Source: Pyrolobus fumarii 1A (GTDB lineage: Archaea > Thermoproteota > Thermoprotei_A > Sulfolobales > Pyrodictiaceae). Taken from it: DNA of 32,000 bases. The DNA is taken from positions 540,001-572,000 of the forward strand of contig NC_015931.1 of the NCBI RefSeq assembly GCF_000223395.1, read 5' to 3'. How positions within the stretch are numbered: position 1 is the stretch's first letter; the number at the start of each line of letters is the position of its first letter. This document shows positions 8,288 through 16,963 of this stretch, piece after piece. The notes under the pieces are model-generated. The model saw nothing but the letters and a program-made list of their open reading frames with translations. It had not been told where the DNA came from and ran no database searches. A program made the position numbers and the translations under genes.

Positions 8288-8941
8288 GTGTTGGTGGTAG
8301 AGGTGGAGAGTGGTAATCTGGCGGGTCTGCTCGAGAGGATAGAGAGGGTGTTGAGAAGCGTCGAGTTCATCTATGCTAATCTGAGCTTCATTATCTGGCT
8401 CCCGCCGTTGGCTCTCACCGGTCTACTCTTCACACTACGCGTGTCACGCGAATTGGCGTCGATGATCGTCCCGGTCATCTGGTTCACAGCGATACCCTTC
8501 ATCATATGGGCGTTGTCTAGACTTGCCTCGAGGATGGCTCTCCTAGCAGGCGATAGGGGCGAGAGAAGATGCGGCAGAGCAAACGTGGTGATAATAGCGG
8601 CGTGGGTGCTGGCGTTCATCCTAGTGATGCCATTAGCGGTAAATGTCCTACACGTGCTTGGCTTCAACCCTGATGTAGTCTCGCCGGTGGCTTACCTCGT
8701 GGCTATCTCGACGGGTGTGGCTGGGATCAGTATAGCAGAGTGTATGTGCTCCACACGGCCATACTCACTCGTAGCGCTCCTCATGATGATTATGGCTGCA
8801 ACCGCGATATTAGCGGGCGCATCTAGGAGCCCGTGGGACACCGCGGTATACGCGGTAGCTCTCTCGTACAGCACCGTTGCGACGATATATGCCGTGAAGG
8901 CGGTATCCCTCCTCACGGGCAAGGAGGAGCAGAGAAAGTGA
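8288..8941 (+). CDS. Polytopic membrane protein, unknown function
   Basis: It has 5-6 hydrophobic segments. Its stop TGA (8939-8941) overlaps the GTG (8938) of the downstream regulator gene. Confidence 0.6.
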   Translation: MLVVEVESGNLAGLLERIERVLRSVEFIYANLSFIIWLPPLALTGLLFTLRVSRELASMIVPVIWFTAIPFIIWALSRLASRMALLAGDRGERRCGRANVVIIAAWVLAFILVMPLAVNVLHVLGFNPDVVSPVAYLVAISTGVAGISIAECMCSTRPYSLVALLMMIMAATAILAGASRSPWDTAVYAVALSYSTVATIYAVKAVSLLTGKEEQRK

Positions 8942-9321
8942 CGCACAGCGATATTGCGAGCATTCTAGAAGGGTTGCGGAGGTCGCCTCTAAACGCGCCG
9001 GTACGCCTAGCGGTAATGGTAATACTCGTTTACCGCGGCGAGATAGAGTTCAACGAGCTTCAGAAGATACTCGGGGTAAAGCCGGGCCTACTCTGGTCGC
9101 ACATCGAGAAGCTACACCGGGATGGCCTGGTAGTGTACAAGAGGAGGTTTACGGCTAGAGGCCCGAGGTTGACCATACGTGCCACTAGCAAGGGTGTCAT
9201 GGAGACACTCGGGTACATTCGACTCCTCCGTAGCCTGCTCTCAACGGCGCCAGAGAGAGCCGCAGACGCTATGATAGTGGAGCAGCGGGAAGACGACAAA
9301 CTCGGGCAGGCACCGGGCTAG
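8938..9321 (+). CDS. Winged-helix (ArsR/MarR-like) transcriptional regulator
   Basis: NAPVRLAVMVILVYRGEIEFNELQKILGVKPGLLWSHIEKLHRDGLVVYKRRF is a typical wHTH. The GTGA start/stop overlap with the upstream membrane-protein gene suggests translational coupling. Confidence 0.7.
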   Translation: MTHSDIASILEGLRRSPLNAPVRLAVMVILVYRGEIEFNELQKILGVKPGLLWSHIEKLHRDGLVVYKRRFTARGPRLTIRATSKGVMETLGYIRLLRSLLSTAPERAADAMIVEQREDDKLGQAPG

Positions 9322-9379
9322 GCTGGAGGCTCTCAACGCTAAGAGCGTCATGGGGGTAGGTGCACTGTGTTTATGGTCT

Positions 9380-9712
9380 TCACCTTCTGCCAGCGAGTAA
9401 TCCACCTATGAGACCGCCTATCCCGCAGAGTACGGCTGGTAGCACCGCGGCGGCTACCAGACCAAGGCCGAGTAGCCAGCCTGCGAGGACGCCGAGACCG
9501 CCCGCTAGAATACCACCCACGACTGTCAACGCTATGGCGAGCAGTATTGCACCTAGAAGGCCGCCTATGAACCCTACTATGAAGCCTCCACCCGCGCCCC
9601 GCTTAGCCACGTATCCCCCGACGAACCCGGCCAGTAGTTGACCCGCCACCGGGAGCCACACCAGGAATATGTTAAGCACGAAGGTTACGAGTATTCCTGC
9701 TAGGTAGCCCAT
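9380..9712 (-). CDS. Small glycine-zipper membrane protein
   Basis: 110 aa made almost entirely of G/A/L/V/I with repeated GxxxG motifs (GGLLGAILLAIALTVVGGILAGGLGVLAG). The antisense ORF 9360-9641 is a Pro-rich shadow. Confidence 0.55.
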   Translation of the reverse strand: MGYLAGILVTFVLNIFLVWLPVAGQLLAGFVGGYVAKRGAGGGFIVGFIGGLLGAILLAIALTVVGGILAGGLGVLAGWLLGLGLVAAAVLPAVLCGIGGLIGGLLAGRR

Positions 9713-9763
9713 TGTTCAACCCTTATAGGAGATTATTAGCAACGGTTGCTTAAAACGTCCGCG

Positions 9764-10572
9764 TCAGCTGCCAGATTGCCGGTTTTGTAATGCTGCTGTG
9801 ACCGCCGACGCTAGGACTAGCGTGATGCCCGTGAATTGCAAGATGCTCGTCTTGTAGCCGAGTGTGAGTGAGAGCGTGACTGCCGTCACGGGCTCGAGGG
9901 TCGAGATTATCGATGCTCTGGGTGCACCTATGAGTGCCACGCCACGTATGTAGAGGGTGTATGCAGCGATGCCCGGTAGCACGGCAAGCACCAGGGGGTA
10001 TACCAGGGGGCCATGGCTGCACAGCTACTTAGCAGGCAGAGGGGTGCCACTGGCGCGAGGGCAGCACCCTGCGCTATCAACGCTACCGGGAGGGGCGTGG
10101 AGCCGACGCGCCCGCTGTAGAGTATCAGGAGTGCGTAGAGGAGAGCGCTAACAATGGCAACCGTGACGCCGGGTCCCGTTGAGAGAGGTGCGCCTAGTGC
10201 AAGCCACACGCCAAACACGCTGAGAGCCGCTAGGAGCAACACTCCGCGCGATGCTCTGGAAGCCAGCGATACTATCAGTGGCGCCGTGTGGAGAGCAGCC
10301 GCGGCCACCGGCGCACCGTTAACCCAGACGCTAGCAAGGTAGGAGACCCTCATGGAGCCCAGCAACACACCATACACTAAGCCCCGTGGCGCCAACGTCC
10401 TCCAACGTAGACAGGCAGCAATAGACACTGGGAGAGCGACAAGATGAGAGTAGAAGGCGAGAGAGACGACACCCCACCCGTCACTATACGCGAGCATGGC
10501 TACCGGCGCTATCAAACCCCAAAGGACGGAAGCAAAGGCAACCAAAAGAGCGCCATACGCGCCGCGCGCCAA
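9764..10572 (-). pseudogene. EamA/DMT-family transporter interrupted by a frameshift near 10005-10030
   Basis: The N-terminal about 185 aa (frame of 9928-10572) are a coherent multi-TM sequence. The C-terminal EamA-like segment GPLVYPLVLAVLPGIAAYTLYIRGVALIGAPRASIISTLEPVTAV continues in the frame of 9764-9991. A G5 run lies at 10006-10010. Confidence 0.65.
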
Positions 10573-10835
10573 TACCGCATACCGTTGGTCAGAGGGTTTT
10601 GAGGGGAAGATCTGAGACTCTCTATCAACAAGAACATCACATTTCGCTACATCGCGTACCTCTAGTGCCGCCAGCGGCTAGGGCTTAGACTTGCGACGGG
10701 GATGAGAAGCCACTCAGCTACTTCAAAGCCGCGTGTGCGGGAGGTTATGGTTCCCGTGTGGCTTTCTGGATAGGCTTTTTCCACAACGCGTTTCTAACGG
10801 CGGGAGGGTCGAATCGGTGACGAGCTGGTGCTCTG

Positions 10836-12770
10836 TTAGGGTTTGAATCCGGTGTCGTGTGGCTTGTATCCGCCGGTGCTGGTGTAGTGCCAGCGGTGGG
10901 CGAACTCCCTTCTCCTTGGCAGGCTCCAGGTCTTGTTGACTGGGCGGTAGTAGCCTATGATCCTCGACCAGATCTCGGTCTGGGCGCCGCACCTTGGGCA
11001 GGCTGTGTGGATGCCGACGCCGCTCCAGCCGCACCTGGGGCAGACGCTTATGGCTGGTGTGTAGCTCCAGTAGACTAGGTTGGTGTTCGCTGTTAGTCTT
11101 CTCGTTAGGCTTGCGAGTGCCTCTGGGTCGGGCTCCTCGCCTAGGAAGATGTGCATCATGACTCCTCCGGTGAATACGGGTTGCACCCTCTCCTCGACCT
11201 CGACACGCTCCCATAGCTCCATCGGCGCGTAGTAGGGTGCTATGCTCGTGGAGTAAATGGGCTCCTCCCTGTCCGGGAGGTAGTCGAGCATCCACGGGTA
11301 GAGTCTGGTGTCCCTCCTGGCTAGCTTAGCCGCGGCTGATTCGCCCGGCACCTCCTCCACGTTGAAGGGGACGCTGGTCTCGATGCTCCAGCGTCTGGTC
11401 TCGGCTACGACCCTCTCCACGAACTTCTTCATCCACTCTGCGGCGCGTAGCCAGTCGCGCCTAGAGCCCTCCGTCCACAGCCTCGGGTCGCCCTCGATTA
11501 TCGCGGCTGCCTCGGGCAGCCCGAGTATACCCACGGTGAGGAAGTATGGGCTCCCGGTTAGCTTGAACACCTCGGGTATGTACTCGAGCGGCATCTGGTA
11601 GAAGCTCGGGTGCTCCCTGGCTAGCCTCGCGTACCTCTCAGCGAACCATAGTAGCCCTTCCCTCACTATACCCAGGACCATGTCCAGAAGCTCCTCTAGC
11701 CTCTCGTCGTCACGGTCGGCTTCAACCACAAGCCTCGGCACGTTAAGGGTGACGACAGCCTTGGAGCCGGTTACGTCTGGCAGCGCCCAGACGCCACCCA
11801 TCCTCTGCTTCTCAAGGTTGCGGATGTACTCCTCCCTAGCCTCCTCGAGCTCCCTCCTAAGGTTGCGTATCCTGAAGCTCTTCGGGCCTGCTCTCAGCGC
11901 GACCCTCAGCTCGTTCATGTCAATGTTTATCCTGCAGCACATCGCGAAGCTCGCATCGGGGTCTACTACTCGCGTGTTGAGCCAGTAGCCGGTCCCCTTC
12001 CTGGCAGCTGCTGTAAACACAGCCTCGAATAGCTCCGGGTCCTCGAAGAGGAGCTTGGATGTCGTCATGTACGTTGGTATGGGGAACGTGAAGGGCCTCC
12101 CCGCCGCGTCGCCCCCAGCGTGTATCTCTGCAAGCGCCCTTGTGAAGAGCACCGCCTCGTCCAGGTACTCGCCCAGCTTGCCAACCTCGACGCCCCCGTG
12201 TATAGCCGGGTCGCGCTCCAGCTTCTTGCGAGACGCGTCAAGGACGACAGTGAAGTTGGTGAATGGTGTCTGCATCCCAGCCCTGCTCGGGAAGTTCAAG
12301 TTGTAGATTAGGCGCTGGACGCCCTGCTTCACAGCACTGTAGTCGAGCCCATCGCGCCTTATGAACGGACCCGCGTATAGCTCAACGGCGCCGAAGGCCT
12401 GCGCCCCGGAGAAGTAGTGCTGCATCGCAACAAGATAGTTAGCCACGTGGTCCACGTACGTGTCGAAGTGCCGGGCAGGCCTAGCGGTGATAGTCGGCGT
12501 CTCTAGCCCCTTGCGCAGCAGCCTCTCAACGCTATGACCGCTACAGTAGGGCACGAAGAGCGCGTAGGGCAGCTTGTGTATGTAGATGAGGCCCGTCTCG
12601 TGTAGCTTGTAGAGCCTTGCTGGCAGAGCATCTGCTATGAGAGGCTCAAGTGCCTTCTCGGCGACGTGCGTCAGTAGCCCCGTCGGCCCGGGGTACCGGT
12701 TAGCATTCTCGAGGACATCCAGGCTGCTCCTCTCAAGGTACTCTGCAACTACTCTGCTACTCCTGGCCAC
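10836..12770 (-). CDS. nrdD: Anaerobic (class III) ribonucleoside-triphosphate reductase
   Basis: 644 aa with the CCRINIDMNEL region and a C-terminal Zn ribbon (CPRCG...CPRCG). This is followed by the glycyl-radical motif SRIIGYYRPV..W...R.EF..R. GTG start. Confidence 0.9.
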   Translation of the reverse strand: MARSSRVVAEYLERSSLDVLENANRYPGPTGLLTHVAEKALEPLIADALPARLYKLHETGLIYIHKLPYALFVPYCSGHSVERLLRKGLETPTITARPARHFDTYVDHVANYLVAMQHYFSGAQAFGAVELYAGPFIRRDGLDYSAVKQGVQRLIYNLNFPSRAGMQTPFTNFTVVLDASRKKLERDPAIHGGVEVGKLGEYLDEAVLFTRALAEIHAGGDAAGRPFTFPIPTYMTTSKLLFEDPELFEAVFTAAARKGTGYWLNTRVVDPDASFAMCCRINIDMNELRVALRAGPKSFRIRNLRRELEEAREEYIRNLEKQRMGGVWALPDVTGSKAVVTLNVPRLVVEADRDDERLEELLDMVLGIVREGLLWFAERYARLAREHPSFYQMPLEYIPEVFKLTGSPYFLTVGILGLPEAAAIIEGDPRLWTEGSRRDWLRAAEWMKKFVERVVAETRRWSIETSVPFNVEEVPGESAAAKLARRDTRLYPWMLDYLPDREEPIYSTSIAPYYAPMELWERVEVEERVQPVFTGGVMMHIFLGEEPDPEALASLTRRLTANTNLVYWSYTPAISVCPRCGWSGVGIHTACPRCGAQTEIWSRIIGYYRPVNKTWSLPRRREFAHRWHYTSTGGYKPHDTGFKP

Positions 12771-12797
12771 TCTACTAGCACCCAGAGGGTAGGAGGG

Positions 12798-12812
12798 CGT
12801 ATTACGATACTA
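12798..12812 (-). promoter_or_regulatory. A/T-box promoter candidate for nrdD
   Basis: The minus strand reads TAGTATCGTAATACG, 30-42 nt upstream of GTG 12770. Confidence 0.3.
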
Positions 12813-12991
12813 GGGGAGACGCGGGGGTACGGGAGCCAACCAGTATCCCCCTGGTGACACCCAGGCGGGTCAAGGAGCCGGAGTGGGTACCCCCGTCGCG
12901 CCTGGCACCGTTGTGCTGAAGCCCAGACCCGGTTAGGGAGAAAAGAGGTGCACAGGGTTAAAAACAGTGTAGTGTCCCTTTTCTCTCGACG

Positions 12992-14692
12992 CTACCTCCT
13001 CTTGATAGCAACGGCCACCAGGGCTGCGACTACTGCAGCCACAACAGCAGCGAGTATAGCCGTGTTCATTATTCCGCCTTCCTCCGCAGCGCTTGTGATG
13101 CCCTCCGTCTCGCCCACAGTGCCCGTGGTACTCTCCATATGCTTCTCCTCGTGAGTCTCTGTGTGTATCTCTTTCTCTACCTCGGTGTGTATCTCTGTGT
13201 GGCTCGCGTGTGTCGTAGTGTGCATCTCGGTTTCGGTTTCACTCTCGATCTCGACCTCTGTCTCGCTCTCTGTCACTGTCGTCTTCTTGGTGCTCGTAGT
13301 CGATGTTGTCTCGGTTGTGGTCGTGGTAGTGGTGGTTGTTGTAGTGCTTACAGTTGTGGTCGTGGTTGTCGTTGTTGTGGTCTCAGTGGTTGTCGTCTCG
13401 GTCTCCTCTGACGGCGCTACAACCGCGAATATCGTGAAGTGCGTCGTGTTGACTTCTACGACGCCATTCTGGGCGTCGATCACGCGGGTTGGCAGCGGGT
13501 GCCAGCCGGTACCATCATTGTACATCACGATGGCGTTCGGTGGTATCGGGTGACCTAGGCGTAGGCGTAGCGTTACCGTCTCGCGGAACTGGTGCCTTGG
13601 CTCCAGCTTGACCGCAGCCATTACACGGTAGCCCTTCGGGGGCGTTGTGACGTTGACACCCTCAGCGGTGATGTAGTGTGGCGAGACTGCACCCGCGTTT
13701 ATCGTGAGGTTGAGTTCCTGGCCGGCTGCTAGCATTAGGGATAGCCTCACCCTAGCCCTAATCCTGCCATGCTCGTCCTCGAGTGCAACGAGGCTAACAT
13801 AGACTGGCGGCATCCTGGATATGTTGACGTCGGGCGCCTCTACAACAAGGCTCGTAGTGTTCGGTAAGAGTGCTAGCATGAGGCGCGTCCTTACCCTCAG
13901 CAGCTCGAGCGCCCTAACCCTGACCCTCACGCACTCGCCCTCGACGCTTACAGTGGCGTTAGGCGCGTCGAGCACGCGTACCCTGGTCTCGCCCCACACT
14001 GGCGCCGCACCAACCACAACATCGTCCACTATCTTCACGGCGACGCCGTGCACAGCGAGCACATGCACTGGTGGCGCGTAGGCTAGCGTTACTCTATACT
14101 CGGCTGTAGTCTCGTCAGGGCTGAGCGTAGCTACGATCAGGGTGGCGTTGGGCATGTAGAGTGCAGCTTGGCCCCAGTAGCCGGTTCTAAGCATCAACCC
14201 GGTTGCGTTGCCGGCAGCGTGTCCGCCTCTGGGCCCGCCGGCCCTAGTGGCGTTCCCCGCGAGGATGCTACAGTTCACGTGGTGCTTGACGCACACCTTG
14301 GCGAGGAGCTTCACCGGCGGTATAGTCACATTGCTCTTCAGAACCTCTACGTTGTCGCTAGCGTCTACAACCTTCACCCATGGCGGCAGAACCTCGAATA
14401 CCTTCACGACCTCGTCCTCGGCTAGACTGGCGTTTAGGACCAGTCTCACCGTGAGCACCGCGCCGGTCTTGATGCTATCCGGCTCTAGGAACTGGGTGAC
14501 CAAGATGTTACGAGGATGGCCCCTGGCCACATTGACCGGCGCCGTAACGTTCCTACCCTTACCAGCCGCTCCCTGACCCGGGCTAGGCTGCTGGCCATGA
14601 GGCCCAGCAGCATACACAACAGCTGCCGCGGCAGCCACCGTGATAGCAACTAACAGTAGTAGTGCCGCTGCGCGTAAACCACTCGACACCAT
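12992..14692 (-). CDS. Surface-anchored glycoprotein with signal peptide, beta-rich ectodomain, Thr-rich stalk, His/Glu-rich repeats and a C-terminal TM anchor
   Basis: The N-terminus AALLLLVAITVAAAAAVVYA is signal-like. There are at least 12 N-x-S/T sequons. The domain ends in VEVNTTHFTIFAVVAPS. The C-terminus is AILAAVVAAVVAALVAVAIKRR. Confidence 0.75.
   Translation of the reverse strand: MVSSGLRAAALLLLVAITVAAAAAVVYAAGPHGQQPSPGQGAAGKGRNVTAPVNVARGHPRNILVTQFLEPDSIKTGAVLTVRLVLNASLAEDEVVKVFEVLPPWVKVVDASDNVEVLKSNVTIPPVKLLAKVCVKHHVNCSILAGNATRAGGPRGGHAAGNATGLMLRTGYWGQAALYMPNATLIVATLSPDETTAEYRVTLAYAPPVHVLAVHGVAVKIVDDVVVGAAPVWGETRVRVLDAPNATVSVEGECVRVRVRALELLRVRTRLMLALLPNTTSLVVEAPDVNISRMPPVYVSLVALEDEHGRIRARVRLSLMLAAGQELNLTINAGAVSPHYITAEGVNVTTPPKGYRVMAAVKLEPRHQFRETVTLRLRLGHPIPPNAIVMYNDGTGWHPLPTRVIDAQNGVVEVNTTHFTIFAVVAPSEETETTTTETTTTTTTTTTVSTTTTTTTTTTTETTSTTSTKKTTVTESETEVEIESETETEMHTTTHASHTEIHTEVEKEIHTETHEEKHMESTTGTVGETEGITSAAEEGGIMNTAILAAVVAAVVAALVAVAIKRR
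13127..13267 (-). repeat. Coding His/Glu/Thr-rich imperfect repeats (HTEIHTEVEKEIHTETHEEKH)
   Basis: The plus-strand motif GTGTGTATCTCT recurs at about 13161-13200, covering aa 476-522 of the surface protein. Confidence 0.7.
13268..13411 (-). repeat. Coding low-complexity Thr-rich stalk (SEETETTTTETTTTTTTTTTVSTTTTTTTTTTTETTSTTSTKKTTVTE)
   Basis: Runs of ACN codons (seen as GTNGTNGT on the plus strand), covering aa 428-475 of the surface protein. Confidence 0.85.
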
Positions 14693-15115
14693 ATGGTCAC
14701 CCTACAACAGGTATGGGAGGGGCCTGCTTTAAGGCGAAAAGGCACAATCCGAGCGCAGCAGCTATAAAGGATGCCAGCCGGAGGTGTTGACATCATTACA
14801 ATACTCGCTATTTAAGGGTATTGTGTTGGCGTCACCACCGACTCACTAGGAGTATGTTGCTCTGCTTTTTAATCAGATGCCGCGATTTAGGAGGTGCGCG
14901 TCCGGGAACATTGTGATTAATAGATAAGCGGGTTGCCGGTTCCAGCTATGACTCGTGGCGGGATGCCCGCGCGTTCCAGCGCTGAGAACGTGATGACTCA
15001 CCTTCCGCCCCTGGGTCCACCGCCGCAACAATAACCCAGACGCTCATTAGTACGCACGGTGTGCATCCCGCCGGTGGGTCGTGCTTTTCCCGTGTAGGCT
15101 TCACGTGCTACCCGG

Positions 15116-15877
15116 GTGCAGCGCGTGGGTAGCGCTGGTAAGCGTGTCGCAGCGCGCACCGTAGCCGAGATGCTTCTATCAGAGTTTCGTGATGCGCGTG
15201 TTGTTGGTGTCGGTACGGGCTCTACCGTAGCCCTCGTGCTAGAGGAGCTTGCAAGGCTCGACCCTAGCTTCTTCGCCGGGCGCGTGTTCCTCGCGACCAG
15301 TCTCGATACGCTGTTGCGGTTGAAGAGTCTCGGCGCCTCTAGTGTCTCGCTGGGCGTACAGACCGCAACACCCGAGGTTTACTTCGACGGTGCTGATGAG
15401 GTGGTGCTTGGAGAGGGGTGCCCCGCTATAAAGGGGAGGGGTGCAGCGCTATACCTCGAGAAGCTCCTGGCCCACTATAGCAGCTTCTCGATAATGGTTG
15501 TCGACGAGTCTAAGGTTTCGAAGCGTCTCGGCGAGCTGGGTAAACCAGTGCCACTAGACGCGGATCCACTGGCACTCGCAGGCATCGAGAACACATTGAG
15601 ACGCATGGGTGTTAGGTTCTCGCTGCGCGAGGCGGGAGGCAAAGACGGCCCGGTGGTTAGCGACACGGGGGGCATCGTGATAGACGTTGACGTCAAGGAC
15701 GTTGATGACGTTGTGGCTCTCGGTGCTAGGCTTGAGAGCCTGCCGGGTGTCAGGGCGTCCGGCGTCTTCGCCGGGGTATTCGACAGGGTGGTTGTGGGTT
15801 ACGATGATGGTAGGAGTGTCGTGTTCGACTGCCGCCGGGGTGTTACGGGGGCAGAGGGTTCGGCGCCTCGCGCTTAG
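15116..15877 (+). CDS. rpiA: Ribose-5-phosphate isomerase A
   Basis: Motifs VGVGTGSTV, FDGADEV, IKGRGAALYLEK, VVDESK and VVSDTGGIVIDV. GTG start, with some uncertainty (15116 or 15125). Confidence 0.85.
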   Translation: MQRVGSAGKRVAARTVAEMLLSEFRDARVVGVGTGSTVALVLEELARLDPSFFAGRVFLATSLDTLLRLKSLGASSVSLGVQTATPEVYFDGADEVVLGEGCPAIKGRGAALYLEKLLAHYSSFSIMVVDESKVSKRLGELGKPVPLDADPLALAGIENTLRRMGVRFSLREAGGKDGPVVSDTGGIVIDVDVKDVDDVVALGARLESLPGVRASGVFAGVFDRVVVGYDDGRSVVFDCRRGVTGAEGSAPRA

Positions 15878-15932
15878 ATGCTAGCATTGGGGTGGGGGTA
15901 TCGAGAGGATTGCTAGGCTCCTAGCTGAGGCG

Positions 15933-16358
15933 TTGAAGAGGCCGCCCAGCGAGGCGGTGGCGGCCGCCAGGGAGGGGAGAGTATACCTCCTCGATGATCA
16001 TCTAGACCTATGGCTGGTTAGGGGCAAGCACGGGGATTATGTTGTTGTGCGCGGGTTGTACTGTAGCTGCCCGTGGTTCCAGGCGAGGGTGCTACCGGGA
16101 CTATCAGACCGCCTATGCTACCACATCGTCGCGGTTGAGCTGGTCGCCCGGGGCATAGAGGGGCGGGCAAAGAGGCTGAGAGGACTGAACCTGGATGTTG
16201 AAAATGTTGTCCTCGAGGCGGTGTTGGACGGGTTCTCGAGGAGCCTCCGGCTAGCCGAGTCTAGGGCTGCTGTAGGCTCTTCGCGAGATCAACAAGCTTC
16301 GTTGCAATCTCGTATAGCTTCGCGGTGGTCTCTGCAACAGTCTTACCCTCAAGCTTGA
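15933..16358 (+). CDS. SWIM-type zinc-finger protein
   Basis: YCSCPWFQARVLPGLSDRLCYH fits CxCx(n)CxH. TTG start. The 3' end overlaps the convergent 16261-16875 gene by about 98 nt. Confidence 0.55.
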   Translation: MKRPPSEAVAAAREGRVYLLDDHLDLWLVRGKHGDYVVVRGLYCSCPWFQARVLPGLSDRLCYHIVAVELVARGIEGRAKRLRGLNLDVENVVLEAVLDGFSRSLRLAESRAAVGSSRDQQASLQSRIASRWSLQQSYPQA

Positions 16359-16875
16359 ACTCGGCGGTGTAGTTCCTCTTGGTCTGGTCATACTTCACCC
16401 TCATCTCGAAGCTGACTGGGCCATAGAGCCTCGCTCGGACCTCCTCACCCTCGAGTTTCACCTCGACGCCCCTCTCCTCGAGGTTCCGGAGCGCGTTGTA
16501 GACGAGGCCCAGCTTCGTCTCCGGCTTCTCGCCGACAACACCCTTCAACTCCTTCAGCCTAGCCTCGGCCGCCTCCACAACCTCCTTGTACTCGCTGTAC
16601 CTCTTCTTCACCTCCTCGAGGATGTGTATGAGCACCTCCTCCGCCTTCGCGCCACGCAACACCGTCACGACGTCGTCGAAGTCGCGGCTTCTGAGGTAGT
16701 CTGCAAGCCTCCTAGGGTCGCCGCCGAACGCGCTGAACTTGTACTTCTCCTCAGCGTAGCCTATACTCTTCCTGACGTCATCCACTATCTGGCGCGGCAG
16801 GCTATGCTCCGCCAGCACCCTATTCACTATATGTCTAAGGAAGTCTACTTTCTCAGCTTGTTTGGCAGTGGACAT
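16261..16875 (-). CDS. Conserved-looking hypothetical protein (about 204 aa, helical N-half and beta-rich C-half)
   Basis: Clean coding composition. ATG 16875 sits about 40 nt from a shared A/T box, and the ORF could extend to GTG 16896. Confidence 0.65.
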   Translation of the reverse strand: MSTAKQAEKVDFLRHIVNRVLAEHSLPRQIVDDVRKSIGYAEEKYKFSAFGGDPRRLADYLRSRDFDDVVTVLRGAKAEEVLIHILEEVKKRYSEYKEVVEAAEARLKELKGVVGEKPETKLGLVYNALRNLEERGVEVKLEGEEVRARLYGPVSFEMRVKYDQTKRNYTAEFKLEGKTVAETTAKLYEIATKLVDLAKSLQQP

Positions 16876-16912
16876 TCTCCGGACACCCGGGTACACTAGC
16901 GTCGCGCCACCG

Positions 16913-16921
16913 GGTTAAATT
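16913..16921. promoter_or_regulatory. Shared bidirectional TATA-like box (TTAAATTAT)
   Basis: It lies about 40 nt from ATG 16875 (minus strand) and about 45 nt from ATG 16964 (plus strand). Confidence 0.35.
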
Positions 16922-16963
16922 ATGGGGTTGTGGGTGCATCGTGCGCCGCGGGGAGACGTGCCA

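Noticed and set aside
10839-10850. GGGTTTGAATCC, resembling a tRNA T-arm
   Set aside because: It lies inside the last codons of nrdD and has T instead of the invariant C56. The flanking bases do not form T or acceptor stems.
12823-12894. A 72-nt element closed by an 8-bp helix, which is tRNA-sized
   Set aside because: Neither strand has a T-loop (GTTCRANYC), a D-loop GG, or a cloverleaf register. The putative T-stem halves do not pair.
13127-13411. Short tandem periodicity that might suggest a CRISPR or satellite array
   Set aside because: It is in-frame coding low complexity (Thr and His/Glu codon runs) inside the surface-protein gene. No repeat-spacer organisation exists anywhere in the window.
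14988-14994. C-box-like GTGATGA upstream of rpiA, plus similar ATGATGA motifs at 6627-6633 and on the minus strand at about 6260
   Set aside because: No properly spaced D', C' or D (CTGA) boxes or terminal stem were found, so there is no support for a C/D-box sRNA.
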